From IMG/VR virus record IMGVR_UViG_3300016665_000824, positions 64,001 through 128,000 of that record: a DNA stretch of 64,000 bases; one strand, written 5' to 3'. The notes beneath the pieces were generated by a model, which was not told the DNA's origin, did no database searches, and saw nothing but the letters and a program-made list of their open reading frames with translations. The first letter of the stretch is position 1. Each line of letters starts with the position of its first letter. Of this stretch, positions 36,476 through 45,386 are shown in pieces. This DNA comes from a virus. A program made the translations under genes and the position numbers.

Positions 36476-36982
36476 TTGATACTTGTAGACAGGCAAATAA
36501 GAAGGTTGTGCGAACAAGGAATGGTAACACCTTTCGACCCATCCCTTCTCAACTCTCACTCTATCGATGTCCGAATAGGCGATCGCGCCAAGATTGAAGA
36601 CGGAGAAGATCTTAAGGATATTCACTTGGATTGGTACGACAAGGAGAACCCCTACAAGGTTAGACCCAACCAGTTCTTCCTATCCTGTACCCTAGAACTT
36701 GTTGACATCCCCCCTAATATCGCGGCAGAGTTTCGACTCAAATCTACCAGAGCGAGAGAAGGTTGGGTTCATGCTCTGGCGGTATGGATAGATGGTGGGT
36801 TTAACGGCTCTATTACTCTTGAGTTGGGCAATGCTCGTCAACACAAAAGCCTACCCATATACACGGGTATGAAAATTGGTCAGTTGATATTTCACGAAAC
36901 TGAGACCCCTGACGTTAGCTACGCAGAAGTCGGGAGGTATAACGGCTATACCACGGTGCAGGAGGCTAAGCCAGATGCCTAG
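36476..36982 (+). CDS. dcd: dCTP deaminase (dUTPase-fold)
   Basis: N-terminal ILVDRQIRRL...SIDVRIGD resembles Dcd N-terminus; GGAGG 5 nt upstream of TTG start. Confidence 0.6.
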   Translation: MILVDRQIRRLCEQGMVTPFDPSLLNSHSIDVRIGDRAKIEDGEDLKDIHLDWYDKENPYKVRPNQFFLSCTLELVDIPPNIAAEFRLKSTRAREGWVHALAVWIDGGFNGSITLELGNARQHKSLPIYTGMKIGQLIFHETETPDVSYAEVGRYNGYTTVQEAKPDA

Positions 36983-37367
36983 ACGTAAAAACTACTCTGT
37001 TCCAGAACCACCACCGATCGCAACCGATGAACCCGCAATCATCGACCTAGCAATCGAGGATATTGAAACCTATGGTGGTGAATTTAAGATACTTATTCCC
37101 CACCTGCGCGATCGCCTAGCTATGGGCATAGCTAAACATGGTACTCCCCTCCAGAAATCCAACGGGCGAAACCATAGGGTCGATGGATTTCAAGAGCTTG
37201 AAGACTTTATTGCTTACATGAAGCAAGGTCTTGAGCGAGGGGATGAGGAGATGAGGTGGTTTTATTATCAAGGGCTTATCCTTGCCACCGATTTCGCCAA
37301 GCTCCTAGAGGGCAAGCAATTTAACTACAACGTCAAGAAGAAAACCGTACTAAGACCAAACGAATAG
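36975..37367 (+). CDS. hypothetical protein
   Basis: 130 aa ORF, 8-nt overlap with dcd. Confidence 0.4.
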   Translation: MPRRKNYSVPEPPPIATDEPAIIDLAIEDIETYGGEFKILIPHLRDRLAMGIAKHGTPLQKSNGRNHRVDGFQELEDFIAYMKQGLERGDEEMRWFYYQGLILATDFAKLLEGKQFNYNVKKKTVLRPNE

Positions 37368-37373
37368 GAGCCA

Positions 37374-37706
37374 GTGATGACCACAAAGAAGACAATCCCG
37401 CAAGAGCCAAAGATTGATTTTGCCTTAATTGCAGAGGCGATCGCCTTTAAAACCCACGATGCTATACGAAGCGCCTTGAGATCTACCGATTCTCTATATG
37501 TGGAGAAGGCTTCCGAGGTAGCGATCGGGGACTTGGTGGCAAATATTTCCGATCTAACCGTGGGTGCTAGCTGTCTAGATAGCGTCGGCACGGTACTGGA
37601 GATTCGGGATGGCGAAATCGAAGTTCGCCGCATAGATGGAGTTACTTGGTGTGTGCTCCCTGCGATCGGTACTTATGTTGCGGCAAAAGGGGTTAGTAAT
37701 GGTTGA
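37374..37706 (+). CDS. hypothetical protein
   Basis: 110 aa ORF. Confidence 0.4.
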   Translation: MMTTKKTIPQEPKIDFALIAEAIAFKTHDAIRSALRSTDSLYVEKASEVAIGDLVANISDLTVGASCLDSVGTVLEIRDGEIEVRRIDGVTWCVLPAIGTYVAAKGVSNG

Positions 37707-37911
37707 TTTTTTTGGCGTAGCGATCGGTAAATACTATCGCAATATTAAAACTGGAGACATATACCAAGTAGTTCTTCTTTCATTTTCATCTGAGTTGGGT
37801 ACGGAACTTCTAGTTAGCTATAAGAAACAAGGAGACGCGCTTCCTTGGACTCGTCCCTTAGCTCTTTTTATTATTAAATTTGAGGAGGTCGGAAGTAATG
37901 TTCCAGCCTAA
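37699..37911 (+). CDS. hypothetical small protein (start at internal ATG 37699)
   Basis: ATG overlaps upstream stop. Confidence 0.3.
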   Translation: MVDFFGVAIGKYYRNIKTGDIYQVVLLSFSSELGTELLVSYKKQGDALPWTRPLALFIIKFEEVGSNVPA

Positions 37912-38752
37912 AGTAACGATTATTGCCGACAGCGTAAATCCGTGGGGGACGAGGCTGACCTCCTTTGCTCTTACCTATCCACGGTTTATACATGCAGAAA
38001 TGTTGCGGCACAGAGTCTTTTCTCGCTGTGTATCAAGTTCACGGGCTATTCCGATCGCCAAGATGATCAAAGCTGTCGAAGAAGCCGATCTGTATCCAGT
38101 CTTTTGGGGTGCAGCGCAAAAAGGCATGGCGGCTGACCACGAAATTAAAGAGGAAGATAAATGGTACGCGATCGCTATATGGGACGAACACAGAAAAGCG
38201 ACCATAGAAGCGGTCAAAAAGCTCTCCGACTTGGAACTGCACAAGCAAATTCCGAATAGACTGCTAGAACCATTTGCGCCAGTAACCGAACTGGTCACGG
38301 CAACTGAATATCAAAATTTCTTTGAGCTGCGAGATCACCCTGCGGCTCAGCCAGAAATTCAGGCGATCGCCAAGCTAATGCGTAAAGCATATACGGAAGG
38401 CAAACCCAAAGAGTGCGAGCTAGGTCAATGGCACATCCCGTTCATAGACCCAGAGAAAGACAAGGATTTAGATCCTGAAATTGTACTTAAGGTTGCGGTC
38501 GGTCGGTGCGCCAGAGTGAGCTATCTAACTCATGACGGCATTCGAGATCCACAGGAGGATGTCAGATTGTGCGATCGCCTATGGAATAGCAAGCCAAAGC
38601 ACCTGTCTCCGTTTGAACACGTAGCAAGGGTCGCTCCTTGGAAAACCAAGAACGATAACTTTGATGAATGGGCTAGCCTACGCCATGAGCTAAAGGTTGG
38701 CGCATTAATTTATGAGAATGGAAAAATCAAGGAGGGTCGTCGTGCTAAATAA
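37880..38752 (+). CDS. thyX: flavin-dependent thymidylate synthase ThyX
   Basis: ThyX signature RHRxxxxxxxSxR present as EMLRHRVFSRCVSSSRAIP. Confidence 0.75.
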   Translation: MRRSEVMFQPKVTIIADSVNPWGTRLTSFALTYPRFIHAEMLRHRVFSRCVSSSRAIPIAKMIKAVEEADLYPVFWGAAQKGMAADHEIKEEDKWYAIAIWDEHRKATIEAVKKLSDLELHKQIPNRLLEPFAPVTELVTATEYQNFFELRDHPAAQPEIQAIAKLMRKAYTEGKPKECELGQWHIPFIDPEKDKDLDPEIVLKVAVGRCARVSYLTHDGIRDPQEDVRLCDRLWNSKPKHLSPFEHVARVAPWKTKNDNFDEWASLRHELKVGALIYENGKIKEGRRAK

Positions 38753-39191
38753 CGAACAGATTGAAGCGATCGCCGAATCTCTTTATTGTAAAACCAGTGA
38801 CGGTTTTTGGGAAGACTCACCTCCCGAAAAGAAACAATCAGTCAAGGAGGGAATAGCTTTTATCGCAAACAGAGCGATCGCTATCCAATCAGAGCAAGAC
38901 CGCCGCAGCTTCATCGCCGTCGGGAAGTATATCGGCGTTACATTCACCTCTGAGACCGACGTGGTTTCCGCAGTCTACGACAAGCTCGACGAAATCATGA
39001 CGGTGTTTAGAGAGCATAGTCAAGAGATTGCGATCGCGCAGCAAATTAAAACCTTGAACAATCTACTGGAGAAATATGTCAAGCAACAGGAAGCCTCGCC
39101 TATTTGTACAGGGGCAGTGGGTGAAGAAACGGGAAGATCCTTTTGTGCTGGAGAAGAGTGCGTCGGAGGCTCTGAGGATTCAAACCTCTAG
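38712..39191 (+). CDS. hypothetical protein (boundaries uncertain; overlaps thyX end and next ORF)
   Basis: 159 aa ORF. Confidence 0.35.
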   Translation: MRMEKSRRVVVLNNEQIEAIAESLYCKTSDGFWEDSPPEKKQSVKEGIAFIANRAIAIQSEQDRRSFIAVGKYIGVTFTSETDVVSAVYDKLDEIMTVFREHSQEIAIAQQIKTLNNLLEKYVKQQEASPICTGAVGEETGRSFCAGEECVGGSEDSNL

Positions 39192-39373
39192 GAGAGGTGA
39201 ATCCAACTACGGCGTTGTTATTTCGTCAACAGAAAACAACAAAATTAACACAAAACTACGGATTTTATTTTACCCTCAAGGTAAGATAGAGGAGGTTGCA
39301 AAGAGTCGGCTAGACTTTGCGATCGCCCCTACTGATATCAATAGCGCTAGCCATAAATTTTTGGATACTTACA

Positions 39374-39811
39374 ATGAACGAATTAGAACTGCTTAACCAA
39401 AAGGTCGCAGAAAAAGCTGGCTGGATTGACATTCACGAATGGAGTCCTAACCCTAAATACCCGCGTCCGCGAAAATCTTACAAAGGAACAAACCCTGCCC
39501 ATCCTGAACTAGGGGCTTTTATCCCAAACTATGTCGAGGACTTGACCGCGATCGCAAAGGTATTCACCTCCCTAGGTATTGAATGGACTCTCTCCAGCAT
39601 TGGACACGCAAACACCGTAGACCCAGAAGAGATAATAACTTCTGGACTGTGTGACAGTCCCGCGATCGCACTTTGCCAACTCCTAATAAACATTGATCCC
39701 GAACCGATAAAACCCAAAGTCGAATGCGAAAAGTGTAAGACTGCTCCTAGAGACTTTCAGGCAGAAGCAGCGAAAAACAATTCTGGAGTTATCGAGGTGA
39801 GTTTTGGATGA
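39374..39811 (+). CDS. hypothetical protein (start at internal ATG 39374)
   Basis: Track ORF 39317..39811; internal Met MNELELL. Confidence 0.4.
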   Translation: MNELELLNQKVAEKAGWIDIHEWSPNPKYPRPRKSYKGTNPAHPELGAFIPNYVEDLTAIAKVFTSLGIEWTLSSIGHANTVDPEEIITSGLCDSPAIALCQLLINIDPEPIKPKVECEKCKTAPRDFQAEAAKNNSGVIEVSFG

Positions 39812-40065
39812 TGACTGTCGAGTATTCCATGCCCTGTCCACATTGCGGCGAACCTGCAACCCATAAGATTGGATTCACAAAGAAGACTGGTTATCGAAGA
39901 TTCAGGTGTCCTACATGTGGCAAAAACTTTAGTAACTCTCCCCATCCCAAGGGTAGCCGCCCTCACGGAGAGGAGCCTAAGCCTAAGTCTGTAATTGCAA
40001 TGCGATCGCGTCAAAAGAAAAAACAAGAAGCTCTGCTCGCAAAAGAAAATCATGAAATTAGCTAG
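39808..40065 (+). CDS. zinc-ribbon protein
   Basis: CPHCG...CPTCG pair of CxxC motifs; basic C-terminus. Confidence 0.45.
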   Translation: MMTVEYSMPCPHCGEPATHKIGFTKKTGYRRFRCPTCGKNFSNSPHPKGSRPHGEEPKPKSVIAMRSRQKKKQEALLAKENHEIS

Positions 40066-40339
40066 ACTACAAAAAATATTCGAGGAATTACAGACGGCTC
40101 AAAAGGAGGAGTGCGGGTTTGGGGATACCACTCCTTACTCACTCCTGATTGAGCGGATGCTTCAAGACGAAGATTCTGATTTCTGCCTAATGATTGTCGA
40201 GAGAGCGATCAACATCGGAAGAAAGAAAGAAGGGATCTTTGATCGCCAAAACCCTGAACCTGTTGTGCCAGTGATTGCTCCTGTTAAGAGAGGGCGGAAG
40301 CCCAAGGCTCAAGCAATATATGGAGCGACGGATGGCTAA
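40052..40339 (+). CDS. hypothetical protein (start at internal ATG 40052)
   Basis: Overlaps upstream stop by 14 nt. Confidence 0.35.
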   Translation: MKLARLQKIFEELQTAQKEECGFGDTTPYSLLIERMLQDEDSDFCLMIVERAINIGRKKEGIFDRQNPEPVVPVIAPVKRGRKPKAQAIYGATDG

Positions 40340-40799
40340 GCGATCGCAACCTCAACCACTTCTATCCGACGAAGAATTAAGGGACTATGCGATCGCCAAG
40401 TATATCGGGAACTTGCTTAAAGCGGAGAACGAGTCAATTGTTTTTCGCTTGCAAGGCTCGGTAGTACCCAAAGCACGACCAAGAGTGACTAAAACTGGTC
40501 AGGCATATATACCCCCGAACTATCGAGCATGGAAAGAAGAGGCGATCGCGTGTTTGAGAGGGATTAAGTTTCTCTACCCGCAGCACACTTTCCCGCTCGA
40601 ACAAGCTAACGCCATGTTCACCCTTGACGGCAAGCATAGCCGAGGCAGTGACGGAGACAATATTTCTGGGGCATTAAATGATGCTCTAGTACAGGCAGGG
40701 ATAATGAAGGAAGACAATCTACTCCATATTCCTGAGCAGGCGGTTATTTTGAATTATGACAAGACGCGATCGCCATCCACATTAATTGTTTTGTACTAG
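40332..40799 (+). CDS. rusA: Holliday-junction resolvase RusA-like
   Basis: VVPKARPRVTKTGQAYIPPNYRAWKEEA matches RusA core; start at internal ATG 40332. Confidence 0.6.
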   Translation: MAKRSQPQPLLSDEELRDYAIAKYIGNLLKAENESIVFRLQGSVVPKARPRVTKTGQAYIPPNYRAWKEEAIACLRGIKFLYPQHTFPLEQANAMFTLDGKHSRGSDGDNISGALNDALVQAGIMKEDNLLHIPEQAVILNYDKTRSPSTLIVLY

Positions 40800-40803
40800 A
40801 ACT

Positions 40804-41160
40804 ATGTCTATAAAAGTAAAAATCCTCCCAAAAGATGTTCTATGGCCACCCGAATTAGAGGGCTATGGTTTTGATGTTACTTCTGCCGACGTAGGTATCT
40901 GTGGAAAGAATGCCTATTGCCGTCTTCGGCGCTCTAAAATGAAGGCTGTTGAAGCGCTGTTTAGGGCGATCAAAGGCCAACAGAATTGTTCCGCGATATC
41001 AAGCGTGAATTTTGGCAGCTACTTTAGCGCTTCCTATAACGCGGACGGATCTATAACCTCAAGACCAAGAACAATGATGATCGATGGTGAGGAATACCTT
41101 GAATCATACATAGAAATCAATTACAGCTATCCGATCGCGATCATTGATCCCGTCGATTAA
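40804..41160 (+). CDS. hypothetical protein
   Basis: ATG at 40804 inside track ORF 40786..41160. Confidence 0.4.
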   Translation: MSIKVKILPKDVLWPPELEGYGFDVTSADVGICGKNAYCRLRRSKMKAVEALFRAIKGQQNCSAISSVNFGSYFSASYNADGSITSRPRTMMIDGEEYLESYIEINYSYPIAIIDPVD

Positions 41161-41240
41161 CTGACGTATATTTGTGGTAGTATTATTTTATTAGGCGATC
41201 GCCACAAGAATCGCATTAAACTTTTATCAGGTGAATAAAT

Positions 41241-41597
41241 ATGAGTTATCCCCAAGACAGGGAGACTGCTAATGACTATCAAGAGTATGTCGTGAAGTAT
41301 TCTAAGGGTTATGCTATCTATGGAACCGCAAATGCGTTGCCAGTCTATTCGCTCGGACTTGCTGGAGAAACTGGAGAAGTCTCAGAACTGTTGAAGCGGC
41401 ATTTTAGAGGTGACGATGTTAGCCCTGAAGCCTTTAAGGAAAAACTAACGCTCGAACTGGGTGATGTAATTGCCTATGCAGCGCTAATTGCCCATTCTTT
41501 TGATATCCGCTTGGATGACGTGCTTCAGGCTAATCTGCACAAGGCGGCTAAACGAAACGCCGCAAATACTCAACTAGGATCGGGAAGCGATCGCTAA
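41241..41597 (+). CDS. mazG: MazG-like nucleoside triphosphate pyrophosphohydrolase
   Basis: GLAGETGEVSELLKRHFRGDD and LELGDVIAYAALIA resemble the MazG EExxE/D motifs. Confidence 0.55.
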   Translation: MSYPQDRETANDYQEYVVKYSKGYAIYGTANALPVYSLGLAGETGEVSELLKRHFRGDDVSPEAFKEKLTLELGDVIAYAALIAHSFDIRLDDVLQANLHKAAKRNAANTQLGSGSDR

Positions 41598-41599
41598 CT

Positions 41600-41953
41600 A
41601 TGGCTACACAACTAGTCCACTATGAATATCTCTGTCACGGTAAGGCGTGGAAGATGCTCGCAGTAATTGGTGAACAGTTACTAAGCTACGATCAGCTATC
41701 AAGAAAGTACTTGGAGTTTGAGGGCGATTTCACTGGCGTTGTTACTACACCTGAAAAATGGGATATAGACACAACCTTGGAGGAGTTCACAAGGGCTGGA
41801 GCTATTTGTCAACGAAACACATTACTTGGAGTCAAATATTCACTCCCTCCTGAAGTCCTCGCCCTGAGCACTGACCCTCATTCTTACGAAGCTTGGGCGA
41901 CCGTATTTAGCCGAGCCTCCTTTGACGACTGGAAGACGTTACCCAAAAACTAA
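41600..41953 (+). CDS. hypothetical protein
   Basis: 117 aa ORF. Confidence 0.4.
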   Translation: MATQLVHYEYLCHGKAWKMLAVIGEQLLSYDQLSRKYLEFEGDFTGVVTTPEKWDIDTTLEEFTRAGAICQRNTLLGVKYSLPPEVLALSTDPHSYEAWATVFSRASFDDWKTLPKN

Positions 41954-41959
41954 CTAACT

Positions 41960-42415
41960 ATGAACAAACTTATATTGTCGCCCCTGACGCTGTTGGAGGG
42001 GAGAGCATCTAACACTAAAGACTCTACCCGATTTGATGGCGTGGGGTCATTCCATGAAGCCTATGGCGATCGCGCAGTTCGCCAGATTCACATCCTTGCA
42101 TTTGGCAAGACGGCTGAGCGATTGAAGGATATCGTGATCGGTAGCAAGCTGGAAACCTCTGGTGAATACCGTAGCGAGACAAGAGATCTTGGTAATGGCA
42201 GAAAAGAATATCTGAATATATTCTTGATCAACAAAATCACTAGGGTTGGCAAACCATCTGAGGTTAGCGAAGCCATTGAAGTCGAACAAGAGGCGATCGC
42301 GCCAGTAGTTGAGGCTAAGAAAGTGGCGCAGAAGACAAAGGTTGCTCCTGTTTATACACCACCCGCAGTAACAGACAGTACTGCCGACATAGATCTAGGG
42401 GACATCCCCTTTTAA
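41960..42415 (+). CDS. hypothetical protein
   Basis: 151 aa ORF immediately upstream of ssb. Confidence 0.4.
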   Translation: MNKLILSPLTLLEGRASNTKDSTRFDGVGSFHEAYGDRAVRQIHILAFGKTAERLKDIVIGSKLETSGEYRSETRDLGNGRKEYLNIFLINKITRVGKPSEVSEAIEVEQEAIAPVVEAKKVAQKTKVAPVYTPPAVTDSTADIDLGDIPF

Positions 42416-42429
42416 TTCAGGAGAATATA

Positions 42430-42792
42430 ATGATAAACGAAGCTATTTTTGTTGGCAGAGTAGGCAGAAATCCCGATATCAAATATTTTGAATCGGGCAA
42501 GTGTAACGCGACGTTATCGATCGCTGTTAATCGTAAAGGCAAAGACCTCCCTCCCGACTGGGTGAACCTTGTTGCATGGGAGAAGACCGCCGAAGTCTTT
42601 GCTCAGTACGTTCGTAAGGGCGACCTTATCGAGGTTGAAGCTAATCTAAAATTTGAGACATGGGAAGATCGCCAGACAGGGGAGCCTAGATCTAAAGCCG
42701 TGTTCCAAGTCGAGAGGTTAGGCTTGCTAGGTAAATCAAGAGGCAGTAGCCAGAATGATGCCGACTACGGAGACTATGACGACGACTTCTAG
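42430..42792 (+). CDS. ssb: single-stranded DNA-binding protein
   Basis: OB-fold-like N-terminus (FVGRVGRNPDIKYFESGK), acidic C-terminal tail ending DYDDDF. Confidence 0.7.
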   Translation: MINEAIFVGRVGRNPDIKYFESGKCNATLSIAVNRKGKDLPPDWVNLVAWEKTAEVFAQYVRKGDLIEVEANLKFETWEDRQTGEPRSKAVFQVERLGLLGKSRGSSQNDADYGDYDDDF

Positions 42793-42944
42793 TCCATGCG
42801 ATCGCTGCCGACACAACAGCGATCGCTACTGCAAGATTCTTGATGTGGCGATCGCTGAATATCCTCCCTGCCAGTATTGGTATCACAAAGCCCCTCATAG
42901 CAGGGGTATAGAATTACAACTAACAACAATTGAGGAGTTAATTA

Positions 42945-43256
42945 ATGCACACAAAGCTAAAGCTCTCGCATGATGAGATGGTGGTATTGGCGGCGATCGC
43001 TGATCAGGAATTAATGTTCTCCGAAATAAAAGAAGAAATAGGCGAATCCTGTCAAGAGGTCTTTGGTGGCAGCAACCTAAATGGGATGGTTCTTCTTCAG
43101 GGATTGATTGACAAGGGACATGTACTAAGAACATCTCCATTCAGATCGTCTCTCTTCCGTCCCTACCCACACTATTACTATAAGATCGCACCAGAAACCC
43201 TCTCGCTAAACCATCCGCCATATTCTTATGAAAGCTGGAGAAACTTAAGTGAGTAA
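42945..43256 (+). CDS. hypothetical protein
   Basis: 103 aa ORF. Confidence 0.35.
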   Translation: MHTKLKLSHDEMVVLAAIADQELMFSEIKEEIGESCQEVFGGSNLNGMVLLQGLIDKGHVLRTSPFRSSLFRPYPHYYYKIAPETLSLNHPPYSYESWRNLSE

Positions 43257-43479
43257 AAAGTCTGTCTACTGGCTAGATGAAGAATACTATCTTTATGAAC
43301 TGGAGGAGTGTGACTCTGACGAATATTTCGCCACTCTAGAAATAGACGAAGACTTTCTTCAAAAGTATCGTGACATCAAAAAGGAGTGTCTTGAGATGCA
43401 AAACCAAATTTCAAGAATGATCTGCAAGCAACATCCGCAGGAATGCCCTATCGTGAATTACAAGCCCGAAGATGAATAA
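43249..43479 (+). CDS. hypothetical small acidic protein
   Basis: 76 aa ORF, overlaps neighbours. Confidence 0.35.
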   Translation: MSKKSVYWLDEEYYLYELEECDSDEYFATLEIDEDFLQKYRDIKKECLEMQNQISRMICKQHPQECPIVNYKPEDE

Positions 43480-44668
43480 AATTATTTGGAAAGGCGATCG
43501 CTTTGAATGCAGTAGCCCCGAACTAGAAGGCGCAAAATGGCAAGTCCTAGCTTCTAACCATTTAAAGCTAAGGGATTTCATGGTTTGCTACGATTTGCGT
43601 CTCGACGAGTTTATATGCCACGCTGATCGCAGTATCACAATTCTTAAACTCAAGGAGGATCTGTCTTTTGCGGAGTTTCCGATCGCCGATGAAGGCGCAG
43701 GTTTTAATATTTGCTTTCACTTGGGAGCTTATGCGATCGCGTCAATGAATCTCGGTCAAAAGCTTGAGATCTGCGCGTACTCATTTAAGCCCTTACTGCA
43801 TCCAGTACTGTTTCAAGGTTTGGGTAAATGGTTTCGCGATCGCAGATCTTCTACTATTGATAGGAAATGTCCTTATTTTAGTGGCAGTTACGAGCTTAAG
43901 TGCGCGGTCAATCCTTCGTTGCCTTGTAATGAATGTGCCGAGGCTTCTGCAAGCTTCAGAGAGAATCTATTCGTATGGACTGCCGCCGATTTAGGCGATC
44001 GCATCCCTAGTGGCTTTGATTGGTTTAAAGCCATTGAGGATACCGTTAATCAAGGTCGAGGTTTCGACGAGATGAGACAAGCTTTTTGGGCAGCACAAGA
44101 ATCAATGCGATCGCAGATGGTAGAGATTCCTCGTATGGTCATAGGCGTAGATGAGGGTTCTGGGCAGGATACTACTGCGATCGCAATGGGACTCACTACT
44201 GAAGATGGAACTATTCTTACTGACGGTCTTGAGATCCGAGCAAATATTTCCGAGGCTGAGGCAAAAATAGAGGTAGCGATTACCAAACTTCAAGTCGCGG
44301 CTCATAAACTTCTCGATCAAAGATTGTTGGATGTATGTCAGCACGGACTAAGCGATCACATTACACCTCTACCGCCCAGACTTGAGGAGGAACGTCAACG
44401 GTATACGGAGGAGAGGAAACGGGCGAGGATCTGGTCTCACTTTGAAGGAGTAGTGGTATATCCTCAGCCCCACAGAATGCCAACGCCTCAAGAACTTTAT
44501 GGCTTGTCAACGAATACCGAGGAAGACCTCTCTAGTCGGCTAGGACTATCCCCAGAAGAGATGGCGGAGCATAAGGCTAACGGGACATTGTTTGCTGAAT
44601 TGCATAGGCGATGGCTACTAAAAAGAAACAATAGGCTTGATATTCACGATGAAAATATTCAAGGATAA
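43472..44668 (+). CDS. hypothetical protein (398 aa)
   Basis: Long ORF, Cys-rich N-terminal half; no recognisable motif. Confidence 0.5.
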   Translation: MNKIIWKGDRFECSSPELEGAKWQVLASNHLKLRDFMVCYDLRLDEFICHADRSITILKLKEDLSFAEFPIADEGAGFNICFHLGAYAIASMNLGQKLEICAYSFKPLLHPVLFQGLGKWFRDRRSSTIDRKCPYFSGSYELKCAVNPSLPCNECAEASASFRENLFVWTAADLGDRIPSGFDWFKAIEDTVNQGRGFDEMRQAFWAAQESMRSQMVEIPRMVIGVDEGSGQDTTAIAMGLTTEDGTILTDGLEIRANISEAEAKIEVAITKLQVAAHKLLDQRLLDVCQHGLSDHITPLPPRLEEERQRYTEERKRARIWSHFEGVVVYPQPHRMPTPQELYGLSTNTEEDLSSRLGLSPEEMAEHKANGTLFAELHRRWLLKRNNRLDIHDENIQG

Positions 44669-44797
44669 AGAAACCTTTGGTGAACCTACGTGGATTTGTT
44701 TCCACGACTGTTACATGTACACAGATGCGACATTCTGGGGCTTGATCGCTCAGATGCTGCGTGAGTGGAATGACGGCAAAAATCTTATAGGGTAGAT

Positions 44798-45160
44798 ATG
44801 GGTACTTGGACTGCATTTGTATTTAACGCGGTAATCAAAGATGATTCTGCCGCTAGTAGTTGGTTCTTGATTGAGCTTGATAATAAATTAGAGCAATTTC
44901 GCGATCGCCGAAGCTGTTACTTTCCTGCGGTAAAGCATTACGCCGTATTTAAGCAAGAGCCTACCGAGTGCTACGAAGTTGAGAATACTGTGTCGATTTG
45001 CTGTTCGACTAAAAACTATCACAACAAAATTGAAGGCTTCTTGGATTGGATTAATCCCCATCTTGCGGAATGGCAAAAGCCGACTCAGTGTCTTGGCTAT
45101 AAGCAGGTTATGGAGAACGAAAATCCGCCAGAGTTTATTTTTCGGAGGGTCTATGACTAG
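44798..45160 (+). CDS. hypothetical protein
   Basis: 120 aa ORF. Confidence 0.4.
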   Translation: MGTWTAFVFNAVIKDDSAASSWFLIELDNKLEQFRDRRSCYFPAVKHYAVFKQEPTECYEVENTVSICCSTKNYHNKIEGFLDWINPHLAEWQKPTQCLGYKQVMENENPPEFIFRRVYD

Positions 45161-45386
45161 AGAAGATGCTGAAGAATGCTTAGCTAAAAATCTAAAGGTT
45201 GTAACGCGCTATGGGCTAGGCGAAATTATTTCGATCGCCAAGAAAAGCGACCCAGTACAATGGGCAGAGATAAAACAACTTGACCGCGATCGCCAGTTTG
45301 AAGTACCCAGATGTCTATACCTATCGAGCATCAGCAGATATACTGCTGTTTTGGTTGAGCAAAGTGAAGTAGAAAGTATTTTTTAA
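45153..45386 (+). CDS. hypothetical small protein (start at ATG 45153 after GGAGGG)
   Basis: Internal ATG of track ORF 44979..45386 with RBS. Confidence 0.35.
   Translation: MTREDAEECLAKNLKVVTRYGLGEIISIAKKSDPVQWAEIKQLDRDRQFEVPRCLYLSSISRYTAVLVEQSEVESIF

Noticed and set aside
41960-42415. Second SSB-like gene immediately upstream of ssb
   Set aside because: Only a vague OB-fold-like impression; no acidic tail or SSB signature, so left as hypothetical.
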